Shown piece after piece: positions 37,827-47,010 of a DNA stretch of 64,000 bases; within the stretch, counting starts at the first letter, position 1; each line of letters opens with the position of its first letter. The notes beneath the pieces are model-generated. The model searched no databases and was not told the DNA's origin. It saw only the letters and a list, made by a program, of their open reading frames with translations. Source of the stretch: Candidatus Altiarchaeota archaeon. GTDB taxonomy: Archaea > Altiarchaeota > Altiarchaeia > IMC4 > SCGC-AAA252-I15. The stretch is from NCBI GenBank assembly GCA_043813075.1, contig JBDRLL010000010.1, positions 1 to 64,000 on the forward strand, read 5' to 3'. A program made the position numbers and the translations under genes.

Positions 37827-38382
37827 CATCCCAGAGGCCTTGGAAGTATCCTTCAAAGTATCCTGCAGCCTCCCTGTCCCGTATCAGCACGTCAACCTCA
37901 TTGTTCCTCTCCAGTCCGTAGTAGCTTAGGTTCGTGCTGCCGAGTACGACTATCTCGCCGTCTATCACCACGAGTTTCGCGTGCGTGGTCGTGCTCTTCG
38001 AGTCGTTCCTCACTTCAATCCCGTTAGCCGCTAGGATATGGTGGGCGTTGTCCGCCTCTGAGAACTCGTCAACCACTATCCTCACGTCCACGCCACGGTT
38101 CTTCGCGTCAATCAGGTCCTGGATGATAACGTTCATGCTGCTGTTGGGGTAGCCTTCATAGTACTTCAGCTCGAAGGATACGATGTGTATGGATTCACCA
38201 GCATTCGATAATGCGTTATGCAACTGCATGAAATATCCCCTGTCGCTTATGGGCACCACATCAGCGGAGTCCACGCAAATCCTGCTGGGGCACACGTTAC
38301 CGTAACCATAATCCGCCACCATCATCCCCGCCAGCATGCCGACAAACACCAGGATAATGCCGCCAGCCAACCTGTCCCTCAT
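37819..38382 (-). CDS. Membrane-anchored phospholipase D-like (single HKD, Nuc-type) protein
   Basis: HAKLVVID...GSTN...N.E motif; N-terminal TM. ATG 38382 is preceded by GGTG. Confidence 0.85.
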   Translation of the reverse strand: MRDRLAGGIILVFVGMLAGMMVADYGYGNVCPSRICVDSADVVPISDRGYFMQLHNALSNAGESIHIVSFELKYYEGYPNSSMNVIIQDLIDAKNRGVDVRIVVDEFSEADNAHHILAANGIEVRNDSKSTTTHAKLVVIDGEIVVLGSTNLSYYGLERNNEVDVLIRDREAAGYFEGYFQGLWDAS

Positions 38383-38386
38383 CACC

Positions 38387-39553
38387 CTAAATCCTCCTGA
38401 CCCAGTAATTACCGTAATCCACGCTAGGAGGGTCACTGATCTCCGGTTTCACGTCACCCCAACCGCCATATCCTCCTGGAGGCGTCTCGTCACTGCCATA
38501 AGCCCTGCCCATCCTACTCCTCAACCCGTGGGCCTGCACATCCCTCCCCACGCAAGACCTCATCGCCTCCCTAAGCTTGGGCACAATAGAATACTTCACC
38601 CCCATGCCTGCCATGTCAACGTGCATGGCCTGCCTCAAAAGGTCAGGCCACTCTTCGATGCCGAGGCCCCTGGTCTCCCTTGGGTCATGGTCTGACTGTA
38701 GCTCATGCTGCAGACCCCACCCTCCCCCAGGACATACGCTGAAGGAGTTGAATGAAAGCGCTCCCGGTATGTTGTTCTTCTTTAGCCGCGGATACTGGGT
38801 CTTCTGCAGGCGGTTCAAAACCTCCTGGTCCTCAGGCATCAGTGTTATGAAATAACTCTCACCCTTGAATTCAAGCGGGCTCTCGTCCGGCAGGACGGCG
38901 AACCTGACCGGGAATCTCGTGCGGACTGTCATCCCGCCCTCAGGGTTCTCAAGCATCCTAACATATCTCCTAACGTCGTCTTCCGACACAATCGTCGGCA
39001 GGTCGTGGACGATGCCTGCGATGAAGTCGTCGTGGGCCCCGACGCCCGGGGTATCCGACTGCATCCTAGAGAGGAACTCGGACAAATCCGCTTTCCCCGC
39101 ATACTTCACGCCCCTGCTCTTGTAATATCCTGCGAGACGCGAAGGCGGATTCCTCCATGATGGAAGCCACTCGTGATGCCCCGCTTCAAACTCCCCTAAA
39201 ACACGTTTAAAGAACCCTAGTAAGCTTTCATTCACATCGTCAAACCGGGAGGGCCTCCAGCAAACCCTACTGTTTATCTCACTCTCCCTCGCCTCCAGCT
39301 CGCCGACAGTCCTACCCCCCTCCCTCCATTCTATGAAGTTCTTCATCAGGAAAGGCGCGGTATCGCTCGCGTAAACCCCCCTCTTCATGAAGAACAGCGC
39401 GCCCTCGTCTATGTGCTCCCCCAACTCTTTGACAGTCCCAAGGTCTTTAAGCATCCTGGCGAGGGACATGGCAGGCCTCCTACCATAACCCGCCTTATGC
39501 AGCCTGTCAGTCAGCTCTCGATGATCCTTCTCCAGCGTGACATCAACCATCAC
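38387..39553 (-). CDS. Hypothetical protein
   Basis: 388-aa ORF filling the space between same-strand genes; no family recognised. Confidence 0.7.
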   Translation of the reverse strand: MMVDVTLEKDHRELTDRLHKAGYGRRPAMSLARMLKDLGTVKELGEHIDEGALFFMKRGVYASDTAPFLMKNFIEWREGGRTVGELEARESEINSRVCWRPSRFDDVNESLLGFFKRVLGEFEAGHHEWLPSWRNPPSRLAGYYKSRGVKYAGKADLSEFLSRMQSDTPGVGAHDDFIAGIVHDLPTIVSEDDVRRYVRMLENPEGGMTVRTRFPVRFAVLPDESPLEFKGESYFITLMPEDQEVLNRLQKTQYPRLKKNNIPGALSFNSFSVCPGGGWGLQHELQSDHDPRETRGLGIEEWPDLLRQAMHVDMAGMGVKYSIVPKLREAMRSCVGRDVQAHGLRSRMGRAYGSDETPPGGYGGWGDVKPEISDPPSVDYGNYWVRRI

Positions 39554-39584
39554 TAAATATAAGCGACGGAGAGAGTATTAAGAA

Positions 39585-40391
39585 CTAGCCCTTCAACTCA
39601 CTGCTCTTCTCCCACCCCAACCCCAGCTCGTCGAGTAGTCCGGTAACCCTCTTCTTCTCCTCCCCACGCATCCCCTTCCAGTCAAGCACGGCAAGCTCAG
39701 GACGGGGCACAGTCCTCTCCACCATCTGCTCCACCATAGCAATGTCGACGTATTCCAGCGCGTATTTCGGGGCGATATGCCCTAAAGCAACAGTCTTAAC
39801 AACATCATTGAAGTTGGGCGCATAATGCGGCCCCCCGAACCCTATGGCGGAAGGCACCTCCTCAACAGGAAGGCTTACTAACGCATCAGCGACTTCCGCC
39901 ACCGCAGTGCACGCGTCCATGTCATTCCACTGCTCCTCGCTGCTGCCGACTTCGACATACAATAGGGGGAACGGCAGTCGCGTGGGACCGTGGTGCGTCA
40001 CCTCAAGGCTCACTTCATAGCCCTCGACCTGGTTCAGCCTCAAGTATTCGAGGGACTTCCTCAAGTACAGTGCGGGGGCGATGGAGAGTCTCCCAGGCTC
40101 CCCGCCCACATCCGCGGAACCGAAGTTGCCTGTCACGTGACTCGTGAGCGTCGGAGTCCCAGACTCGCTCCTATGCCGTGATACCACGACACACACTTCA
40201 GGATGGAGGCTGCCGAAGGATTCTATGCGCGTGATGTTCTCCCTGCTGGCGACGAGCAGCGTATCGTCACGACCGCATATCCTCACGCCATCATGCTCCT
40301 CCCCCCTCTCAATGAACCCGAAGCCGTCTCTGAGGACTTCAGCGACGTTAGAGCCTGCAATATCATCCATAGAGTAGGCGATGAGCTTCAC
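39585..40391 (-). CDS. dtdA: Archaeal D-aminoacyl-tRNA deacylase (DTD2)
   Basis: SRHRS, LTSHVTGN, EVTHHGPT, EVGSSE and GFGGPHYAP motifs. Confidence 0.93.
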   Translation of the reverse strand: MKLIAYSMDDIAGSNVAEVLRDGFGFIERGEEHDGVRICGRDDTLLVASRENITRIESFGSLHPEVCVVVSRHRSESGTPTLTSHVTGNFGSADVGGEPGRLSIAPALYLRKSLEYLRLNQVEGYEVSLEVTHHGPTRLPFPLLYVEVGSSEEQWNDMDACTAVAEVADALVSLPVEEVPSAIGFGGPHYAPNFNDVVKTVALGHIAPKYALEYVDIAMVEQMVERTVPRPELAVLDWKGMRGEEKKRVTGLLDELGLGWEKSSELKG

Positions 40392-40432
40392 ACACTCATA
40401 TTACCCCTAGATTCCAATATATTACCCTAAAT

Positions 40433-41500
40433 ATGGCACAGTCCCAGGACAACAGCGGAGGGCACCACCTATCCCGTTTCAGCGGGTTCGCTGGGACAAC
40501 ATCCGAGGATATACAGGCAGTCCCCCGGGAGGCTAGGGAGTGGGCGAAGCTGGCTTGCAGGCGTTTTGACGCATTCAACCCAGACCACGGGGGAGCCCCC
40601 ACAGTATTCGAGCTCACCGACCCCTCCGGCACCCGCCGCTTCCACATGGCCGTCAGAGACACGATACCCGAGAGGTCCACAACAAAGAACTCCAAGACCC
40701 TTGAAATCTACGAGGAACGAGACATAGGCGGGAGGCGTATGAGGGTTCTCGCAGGATTCGTCCGAGACCTCAACTTCACGTCATTCGACCCGGAGATAGA
40801 ATGCCCGACCGGACTGGTGTCAGGCAAGAACGGGTGGATAGGGGTCTACAACTACAGCGGCCACGGGGGCATCGACGAGAGCGTTGCGAGAGTCCAGTCT
40901 GCCGCAAGCTTCGGGGAGGCATTCAGCGAATACAAGTCCGGCATGAGGTATCTCGCGGACTTATGGCGTTCAGACGAGCGCGTATGGCAGGACGACCCCT
41001 CCAAACGCTTCGACCATCTAATCTACACCGGCAACCTCGTGCTCGCAGACCATCTCGAACACAACATGAAGCGGCAGTATGGAACCCAATACCCGAAGTG
41101 CCTGGAGGACGTCGTCCACGAGGGCGGCGACTACACCACCGACGGGAGGATACTGCGCAAACTCTTCGAGGGAGTCCGCCTCATACTGCCCAAAGACGGA
41201 AAATGGACCCTCTACGGCATATCACACCCGCCCACGATGGTGCAGATGCTCGGCCTAAACCACCCCCACTCACACCGCCACGGCCCAGTGCCATTCGACG
41301 AGACAGGCTACGGCTTCGTGGTCGGCGAAGCAGGCCTCGAATGGGTGCGCGGCGAACTAGAGGAGAAAGTCAAGCCAGCCCCCGGAAGCCTCATCGCAAT
41401 GCAAGTCCGCCTATCACCCGTAGTCCGGAAAGCCACAGACGAAATACCCCACGGATGGCTCGAGCCGGAGAGATTCCAGAAACTACCAGACACAAGATAA
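40433..41500 (+). CDS. Hypothetical protein
   Basis: 355-aa ORF; no family recognised. Confidence 0.7.
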   Translation: MAQSQDNSGGHHLSRFSGFAGTTSEDIQAVPREAREWAKLACRRFDAFNPDHGGAPTVFELTDPSGTRRFHMAVRDTIPERSTTKNSKTLEIYEERDIGGRRMRVLAGFVRDLNFTSFDPEIECPTGLVSGKNGWIGVYNYSGHGGIDESVARVQSAASFGEAFSEYKSGMRYLADLWRSDERVWQDDPSKRFDHLIYTGNLVLADHLEHNMKRQYGTQYPKCLEDVVHEGGDYTTDGRILRKLFEGVRLILPKDGKWTLYGISHPPTMVQMLGLNHPHSHRHGPVPFDETGYGFVVGEAGLEWVRGELEEKVKPAPGSLIAMQVRLSPVVRKATDEIPHGWLEPERFQKLPDTR

Positions 41501-41537
41501 AAACAATATATATTACCTCTGATTCCATTACTATACC

Positions 41538-43427
41538 ATGCGTGTTTTGCTGGTTCACAGTGATTATCTCCGTTTTGAGGCCAAGAAGAAGGCTTTGAAG
41601 ACTGCTGAGGATCTTGTGGAGAAGACGGGTTCCGTGGATGATGTGCTGGTGGTCTTCATGGCGGGTGAGAAGGCTGATGAGGTTAACCCTGATTCTGTGG
41701 TAGAGAAGCTTGTGGCCGACGTCAGGGACACGTACGGGAAGGTTAAGGCCCATTCCATCGCATTATACCCTTACGCTCATTTGTCCAGCGACCTCTGCAG
41801 CCCCCAGCTGGCCCAGGAGATGCTGGAGAAGGCTTATGAGGCATTGAAAGGCGATTATAACGTGTTAAAAGCCCCTTTCGGATGGTATAAGGGGTTTGAA
41901 ATCAAGTGTAAAGGCCATCCTCTGAGCGAGCTGTCACGGACGATTCTCCCGGATGGGGTTTCCGCGGGGACTAAGGCCTCTGTGAAGGAGGAGAAGGTCT
42001 CTGAAGCGTTATCCAGGGAGGAGAAAATCAAGAGCACCTGGCATATAATGACGCCCGACGGGGAGTTCCATACTGTCGGAGACTTCGACTACGGCGGCCA
42101 TGAGGGGCTCAGGAAATTCGCCATATACGAGGAATCCAAGTCCAGGACTGTGGACAAGGCGCCCCCCCACATAGAGTTGATGCGGCGGCTGGAGCTCGTG
42201 GACTACGAGCCAGCCAGCGACCCAGGCAACTTCAGGTACTACCCTAAAGGCCGTATGATCAAGGCCCTCCTCGAGCAGTACGTGACCGAGATGATACTCG
42301 ACTACGGTGGGGTGGAAGTCGAGACGCCGCTCATGTACGACTTCGAGCACCCCACCCTCGCAAGCTACCTGAACAGGTTTCCGGCAAGGCAGTACACTCT
42401 GGAGAGCGAGGACAAGAAGTACTTCATGCGGTTCGCAGCATGCTTCGGCCAGTTCCTCATGGCCCATGACGCGACGCTAAGCTACCGGAACCTGCCGCTC
42501 CGGCTGTACGAGCTTGCCCGCTACGCGTTCCGCAGGGAGAAGAGCGGCGAGCTCGCTGGTTTGAGGCGGTTGAGGGCATTCACGATGCCGGACGTCCATG
42601 CTCTCTGCTCCAGCCTAGAGCAGGCGATGAAGGAGTACAAGCGCAGGTTCAGGCTTTGCGTCGACACCATAGAGGGTGTTGGATTGTCGAAGGATGATGT
42701 CGAATTGGGTATCAGGGTAACTAAGGAATTCTACGACGAGCACAGGGAGTTCGTCCAATACCTGGTAAAGGAGTTTGGGAAGCCCGTGCTCGTGGAGATG
42801 TGGGACACGCGGATATTCTACTTCATACTGAAATACGAGTTCAATTTCGTCGACTCCCTCGACAAGGCGTCAGCGCTTTCCACAGACCAGATTGACGTGG
42901 AGAACGGGGAGAGATACGACATCAGATTCGTGGACGCGGACGGCTCCAGCAGGCACCCGATAATACTCCACTGCTCTCCGTCCGGAGCGATAGAGAGGAT
43001 AATATACGCCCTCCTAGAGAAAGCCAACATGGTGCAGGAGTCCGGCGGCACCCCGCAGCTGCCCGTATGGCTGGCGCCAACACAGATCAGGGTGATACCT
43101 CTTTCAGACAAGTTCCTAGACCACGCCGTGAGGGTGGCGGACCGCCTTGAGTCAATGGAAATCCGGGTTGACGTCGACGACCGGAACGAGAGCATGGGCA
43201 AGAAGATACGGGACGCTGAACGCGAGTGGATACCCCACATAATGGTCATAGGCGAGAAAGAGGCGGAGGCAGGCATGGTGTCCCTCAGGACGAGGGGCAG
43301 CAGGGACCAGAAGACGGTTAAGCCAGAGGTCGCGGCAATAGAAGTCAAGCAGCAGACCAAGGGCAAGCCCTTCAGGAAGATACCATTGTCCCGCATGATA
43401 TCTGAAAGGCCGAAATTCGTGGGTTAA
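41538..43427 (+). CDS. thrS: Threonyl-tRNA synthetase (archaeal type)
   Basis: N-terminal editing domain (YPYAHLS, APFGWYK, CKGHPLSELSR); RFAACFG, LRAFTMPD and LHCSPSG motifs. Confidence 0.97.
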   Translation: MRVLLVHSDYLRFEAKKKALKTAEDLVEKTGSVDDVLVVFMAGEKADEVNPDSVVEKLVADVRDTYGKVKAHSIALYPYAHLSSDLCSPQLAQEMLEKAYEALKGDYNVLKAPFGWYKGFEIKCKGHPLSELSRTILPDGVSAGTKASVKEEKVSEALSREEKIKSTWHIMTPDGEFHTVGDFDYGGHEGLRKFAIYEESKSRTVDKAPPHIELMRRLELVDYEPASDPGNFRYYPKGRMIKALLEQYVTEMILDYGGVEVETPLMYDFEHPTLASYLNRFPARQYTLESEDKKYFMRFAACFGQFLMAHDATLSYRNLPLRLYELARYAFRREKSGELAGLRRLRAFTMPDVHALCSSLEQAMKEYKRRFRLCVDTIEGVGLSKDDVELGIRVTKEFYDEHREFVQYLVKEFGKPVLVEMWDTRIFYFILKYEFNFVDSLDKASALSTDQIDVENGERYDIRFVDADGSSRHPIILHCSPSGAIERIIYALLEKANMVQESGGTPQLPVWLAPTQIRVIPLSDKFLDHAVRVADRLESMEIRVDVDDRNESMGKKIRDAEREWIPHIMVIGEKEAEAGMVSLRTRGSRDQKTVKPEVAAIEVKQQTKGKPFRKIPLSRMISERPKFVG

Positions 43428-43485
43428 AAAAGCCCGTGTTTCACGCGGAATATTTAAATATTATAGTGTTGAAGAATTAACCCAA

Positions 43486-44181
43486 ATGGCGAAAGACAGG
43501 AAACAAGAGGAGTCAAAGAAGGCGGCCGCGCTAGCCGCCGTAAGGGAGGTCAGGGGCAACATGAAGCTCGGCCTCGGGACCGGCTCGACAGTAAACTACT
43601 TCATAGAAGAGTTGGGGAAGAAGAAGTTCCCAGGGTCTGTCGTAGCATCATCAAAATCCACGGAACAACTCGCGAAGAAGATGGGTTTAAATCTCAAGAC
43701 ACTCGACGAGGTCGCTAAGGATGCTAGGGGGGGTGAGGAAGGCCAGACACTATTGGACCTGTATGTGGACGGGGCTGATGAAGTCGACCCGACATACAAT
43801 CTCATCAAGGGCGGTGGCGGCGCTCTGACCCGGGAGAAGGTTGTTGCGTCAGCGTCCGCGGAATTCATCTGCATTGTCGACGAGTCGAAGAAGGTTAAGA
43901 AGCTTGGGAAGTTCCCGTTGCCTGTTGAGGTCCTCCCATTCGCCAAAGCCTACGTGGAGTTCGAGCTGCGGGAGCTGGGTGCTCAGGTGAAGGAGCGCGC
44001 CAAGTTCATCACAGACAACGGTAATATAATACTTGATGTGTCAGGACTCGACTTCAGCGACCCGCTGCAGCTTGAGACCGAGTTGAACAACATACCCGGG
44101 GTCGTGGAGAACGGCATATTCTCAGTGCGCCAGCCGGAACGGGTTCTTGTCGGGAAGGACGGTAGGGCGGAGTACATGTGA
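43486..44181 (+). CDS. rpiA: Ribose-5-phosphate isomerase A
   Basis: GLGTGST, DGADEVD and IKGGGGALTREK motifs. Confidence 0.97.
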   Translation: MAKDRKQEESKKAAALAAVREVRGNMKLGLGTGSTVNYFIEELGKKKFPGSVVASSKSTEQLAKKMGLNLKTLDEVAKDARGGEEGQTLLDLYVDGADEVDPTYNLIKGGGGALTREKVVASASAEFICIVDESKKVKKLGKFPLPVEVLPFAKAYVEFELRELGAQVKERAKFITDNGNIILDVSGLDFSDPLQLETELNNIPGVVENGIFSVRQPERVLVGKDGRAEYM

Positions 44182-44624
44182 AAATGGCTGAAGACAAGCT
44201 ACAGGCAGACATGCAGTCCATAATGCTGCAGTTGGAGTCCGGTAAAAGGCAGCTCGAGGCGATGACCCGCCAGGGCCAGCTTATAGAGTCCGCGATAGCG
44301 GAAATCAATTCCACCATCGAGGCGTTGGATGCGATAAAGGAAACTGAGGAAGGCACCGAACTCCTGGTCTCAATCGGCTCCGGTTCTTTCATTAAGGTTT
44401 CCCTCAAGGACAATGAAAAAGTCATAGTCGGCGTCGGCGCTGGAGTGTCCCTTGAGAAGAAACTACCTGAATCATTGAAGACGCTGAACTCCAGGAAGGA
44501 CGAGCTACGGAAATCCCTCGAAAAGATAAGCAAGAGCGCGGCCGAACTTACCGGCAGGATAGAGGAGTTGAACATGGTCGCGCAGGCTGTGATCAGGGAT
44601 AGCCAGTCATCGCATAAACAGTAA
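44178..44624 (+). CDS. pfdA: Prefoldin alpha subunit
   Basis: Coiled coils around LVSIGSGSF..VIVGVGAGV; conserved position upstream of ftsY. Confidence 0.9.
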   Translation: MKMAEDKLQADMQSIMLQLESGKRQLEAMTRQGQLIESAIAEINSTIEALDAIKETEEGTELLVSIGSGSFIKVSLKDNEKVIVGVGAGVSLEKKLPESLKTLNSRKDELRKSLEKISKSAAELTGRIEELNMVAQAVIRDSQSSHKQ

Positions 44625-44626
44625 AA

Positions 44627-45583
44627 ATGTTCGGAGTTCTAAAGGACAGGATCAAGTCCTTCATCGGTGGAGTGGAGGACAAGGCTGAAAAGGAATACCG
44701 CATAACCGCTTCAACAAAAGCCAAATCACTTCTAACCGGGAAAATACGGCTTTCCCCTGGGGACATAGAAGACACTCTATGGCAGCTCAACCTGGACTTG
44801 ATTCAGAGCGACGTGGCGGTCGAGACTGCCGAACACATCACAAACACCATAAGAGACCGGCTGTTGAACTCTGAAATAGACCGCGACAGGATACACGACC
44901 ACATAACCGAGACAATACGCGGCACACTATCCTCCATATTCGACTCATGCGGCCATCTCGACGTGGTGGGGGTGATAAGGTCGTCAGAGAGGCCGTTCAA
45001 GATAATGTTCCTCGGCGTCAACGGAACCGGGAAGACCACTACGATAGCGAAAGTCGCTAAACACCTGATGAACAACAACCTGAAGGTGGTCCTCGCCGCT
45101 GGAGACACATTCAGGGCCGGTGCAATAGAGCAGCTGCAGACTCACGCTCAACGGCTGGGTGTAAAGCTCATAACCCACCAGAAGGGGTCCGACTCTGCGG
45201 CAGTCATTTACGACGCGGTCGAGCATGCGAAAGCCAAGGGCATAGACGTGGTGCTGGCGGACACCGCAGGCAGGATGCAGACAAACACGAACCTGATGGA
45301 CGAGTTGGAGAAGATAATAAGAGTCAACAAGCCTGACCTGAGGGTATTCGTCGGCGACTCGCTTACAGGCAACGACGCGGTCGAGCAGGCGCGGGAATTC
45401 AACAATTCGGTCGGCTTCGACGCGGTCATACTCACAAAGCTGGACGCAGACTCAAAGGGAGGTTCAGCCATCTCCATAGCCCATGAGACCCGGAAGCCGA
45501 TAATACTCGTCGGCATGGGCCAGGGCTACGACGACCTTGACGAATTCAACAGCGAATGGTTCATAGACAAGATACTAAAATAA
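44627..45583 (+). CDS. ftsY: SRP receptor FtsY
   Basis: GVNGTGKTTT, DTFRAGA, DTAGR and TKLD motifs. Confidence 0.97.
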   Translation: MFGVLKDRIKSFIGGVEDKAEKEYRITASTKAKSLLTGKIRLSPGDIEDTLWQLNLDLIQSDVAVETAEHITNTIRDRLLNSEIDRDRIHDHITETIRGTLSSIFDSCGHLDVVGVIRSSERPFKIMFLGVNGTGKTTTIAKVAKHLMNNNLKVVLAAGDTFRAGAIEQLQTHAQRLGVKLITHQKGSDSAAVIYDAVEHAKAKGIDVVLADTAGRMQTNTNLMDELEKIIRVNKPDLRVFVGDSLTGNDAVEQAREFNNSVGFDAVILTKLDADSKGGSAISIAHETRKPIILVGMGQGYDDLDEFNSEWFIDKILK

Positions 45584-45591
45584 ACGAGAAG

Positions 45592-46254
45592 ATGAACTAC
45601 CTTAGTGTTGACGTTGAGGAAGACTTCCCCCCTCACATGGGGACGCTGAATGGTGTTGAAGGCCTCAGGAAAATAGCAGGCCTACTAGCGGAACACAATT
45701 CAGAAGCCACATTCTTCATAACCGCGGAAATACTCGATGAACTACCTGACATAGCGGACATCGTCCGCGGCCATGAGGTTGGATGCCATGGGCTACGGCA
45801 CATAGACTACTCCAGGATGCCTAAGGAAAGGTTCGAGGAAGAGACGCTCAAAGCGATAGACACACTCAACTCTCACGGCCTGGAGCCTGTCGGGTTCAGA
45901 GCCCCCTACGCCAGCATAAACGGGGGCATGCTGGAGGTGGTTGGAAGGCACTTCCGCTACGACTCATCCAAGAGATTCTACAATCCACGGCCGGCGGGCG
46001 TGAGGGAGATACCGATATACGCTGGCGGAAAGGCGTTCGGCATAAACCCAATAATATTCAACATAATCCGGTCAGCGCCCATACGCTGCAAAGTATACTT
46101 CATACACCCCTGGGAGTACGGGGGCCTTGACTTCAACAAAATCAGCTCCCGCCGAAGGGGCATGAGGCTTCTCGGGTATTCCAGTGGTAATTACGTGGAA
46201 AACCTCGCTGGCCTGCTCAAAGAGGGTTGCGTTAGTATATCCAATCTATTGTAG
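45592..46254 (+). CDS. Polysaccharide deacetylase family protein
   Basis: SVDVEED, ATFF, HEVGCHG..H, GFRAP, YDSS and HPWE motifs. Confidence 0.88.
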   Translation: MNYLSVDVEEDFPPHMGTLNGVEGLRKIAGLLAEHNSEATFFITAEILDELPDIADIVRGHEVGCHGLRHIDYSRMPKERFEEETLKAIDTLNSHGLEPVGFRAPYASINGGMLEVVGRHFRYDSSKRFYNPRPAGVREIPIYAGGKAFGINPIIFNIIRSAPIRCKVYFIHPWEYGGLDFNKISSRRRGMRLLGYSSGNYVENLAGLLKEGCVSISNLL

Positions 46255-46277
46255 AATCAGTTTCTGTTCCAGCCGGA

Positions 46278-46480
46278 CCACCCCGGATTTTACTCCGGGG
46301 TGGGGGGTGGTTGGCTGAATTACCACATCCAAGTGATGTGATCAGAAAGCCACCCACAACCCTATATTGTGGGTGGTGGTGGTCTCATTCCATGGACCTC
46401 TTTCTATGTTGGAGTGATGTGTGACCATGATCCACCCCCGGCTTCTTCAGCCGGGGGTGGGGGGGTGGTTGGGGTGATGT
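46278..46480. repeat. Three CCACCC...GGGTGG palindromes with G-rich tails and GTGATGT boxes
   Basis: Stems at 46278-46303 (10 bp), 46350-46376 (10 bp) and 46432-46460 (12 bp); GTGATGT at 46333, 46414 and 46474. Confidence 0.9.
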
Positions 46481-46486
46481 ATAAGC

Positions 46487-46933
46487 CTAACTCTTGAGTC
46501 TGTAGTAGACTCTCCTACCTGAATATGTCTTCTCCAGGTGCCCTTCCTTGAACAGCTTGCTCAGCCTTGCGCTAGCCGCATTGCTGCCTCGGTACTGGAA
46601 TTTTTCCTTAAGTATGTCGGCGTTGACCTTCCCTTCTCCCTTTATGAAGTCAAGTACTTCCTGGTCTCTTTCAGAGAGGTTTGCGTCCTCCAGCTCCGCC
46701 TTACTCCCCCTTATCTCCTGGACTTCACCCTCCAATTCCCTTATCTTGGAGATTATCACATCGAACTTCGCGTTTATGTCTCTAATAAGAAGGTTTGTGC
46801 TGTTTTTTTCCTGCGCAATCGAGTATAGCATAGCCCCTATGGCGACCGGGTCGCTCATCTGTTGGGTTGTGTGGGCGATATCGCCTACAAGCTCCTCAAA
46901 TTCAGCCTCATGTCCAGCCAACGAATCTTTCAT
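46487..46933 (-). CDS. Coiled-coil plus winged-helix DNA-binding protein
   Basis: C-terminal LSERDQEVLDFI...NAASARLSKLFKEGHLEK..GRRVYY. Confidence 0.75.
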   Translation of the reverse strand: MKDSLAGHEAEFEELVGDIAHTTQQMSDPVAIGAMLYSIAQEKNSTNLLIRDINAKFDVIISKIRELEGEVQEIRGSKAELEDANLSERDQEVLDFIKGEGKVNADILKEKFQYRGSNAASARLSKLFKEGHLEKTYSGRRVYYRLKS

Positions 46934-46990
46934 GACTATTATGATATAGTCATGACTATTTAAAAACCTTTCGTTTTCAGTATCATGACT
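46930..46990 (-). promoter_or_regulatory. Promoter with palindromic operator upstream of wHTH gene
   Basis: Perfect palindrome ATAGTCATGACTAT (46946-46959) next to TTTAAA; TCATGACT occurs at 46930, 46950 and 46983. Confidence 0.6.
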
Positions 46991-47010
46991 CTGTCTCTAG
47001 AATCAGGCCT

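Noticed and set aside
40801-41598. 265-aa Arg/Pro-rich ORF
   Set aside because: It is an alternative frame overlapping the 355-aa ORF and the thrS start, with composition typical of a non-coding frame.
46278-46480. CRISPR array
   Set aside because: There are only three non-identical units, the variation lies inside the palindromes, there is no repeat-spacer pattern and no cas gene is in the window.
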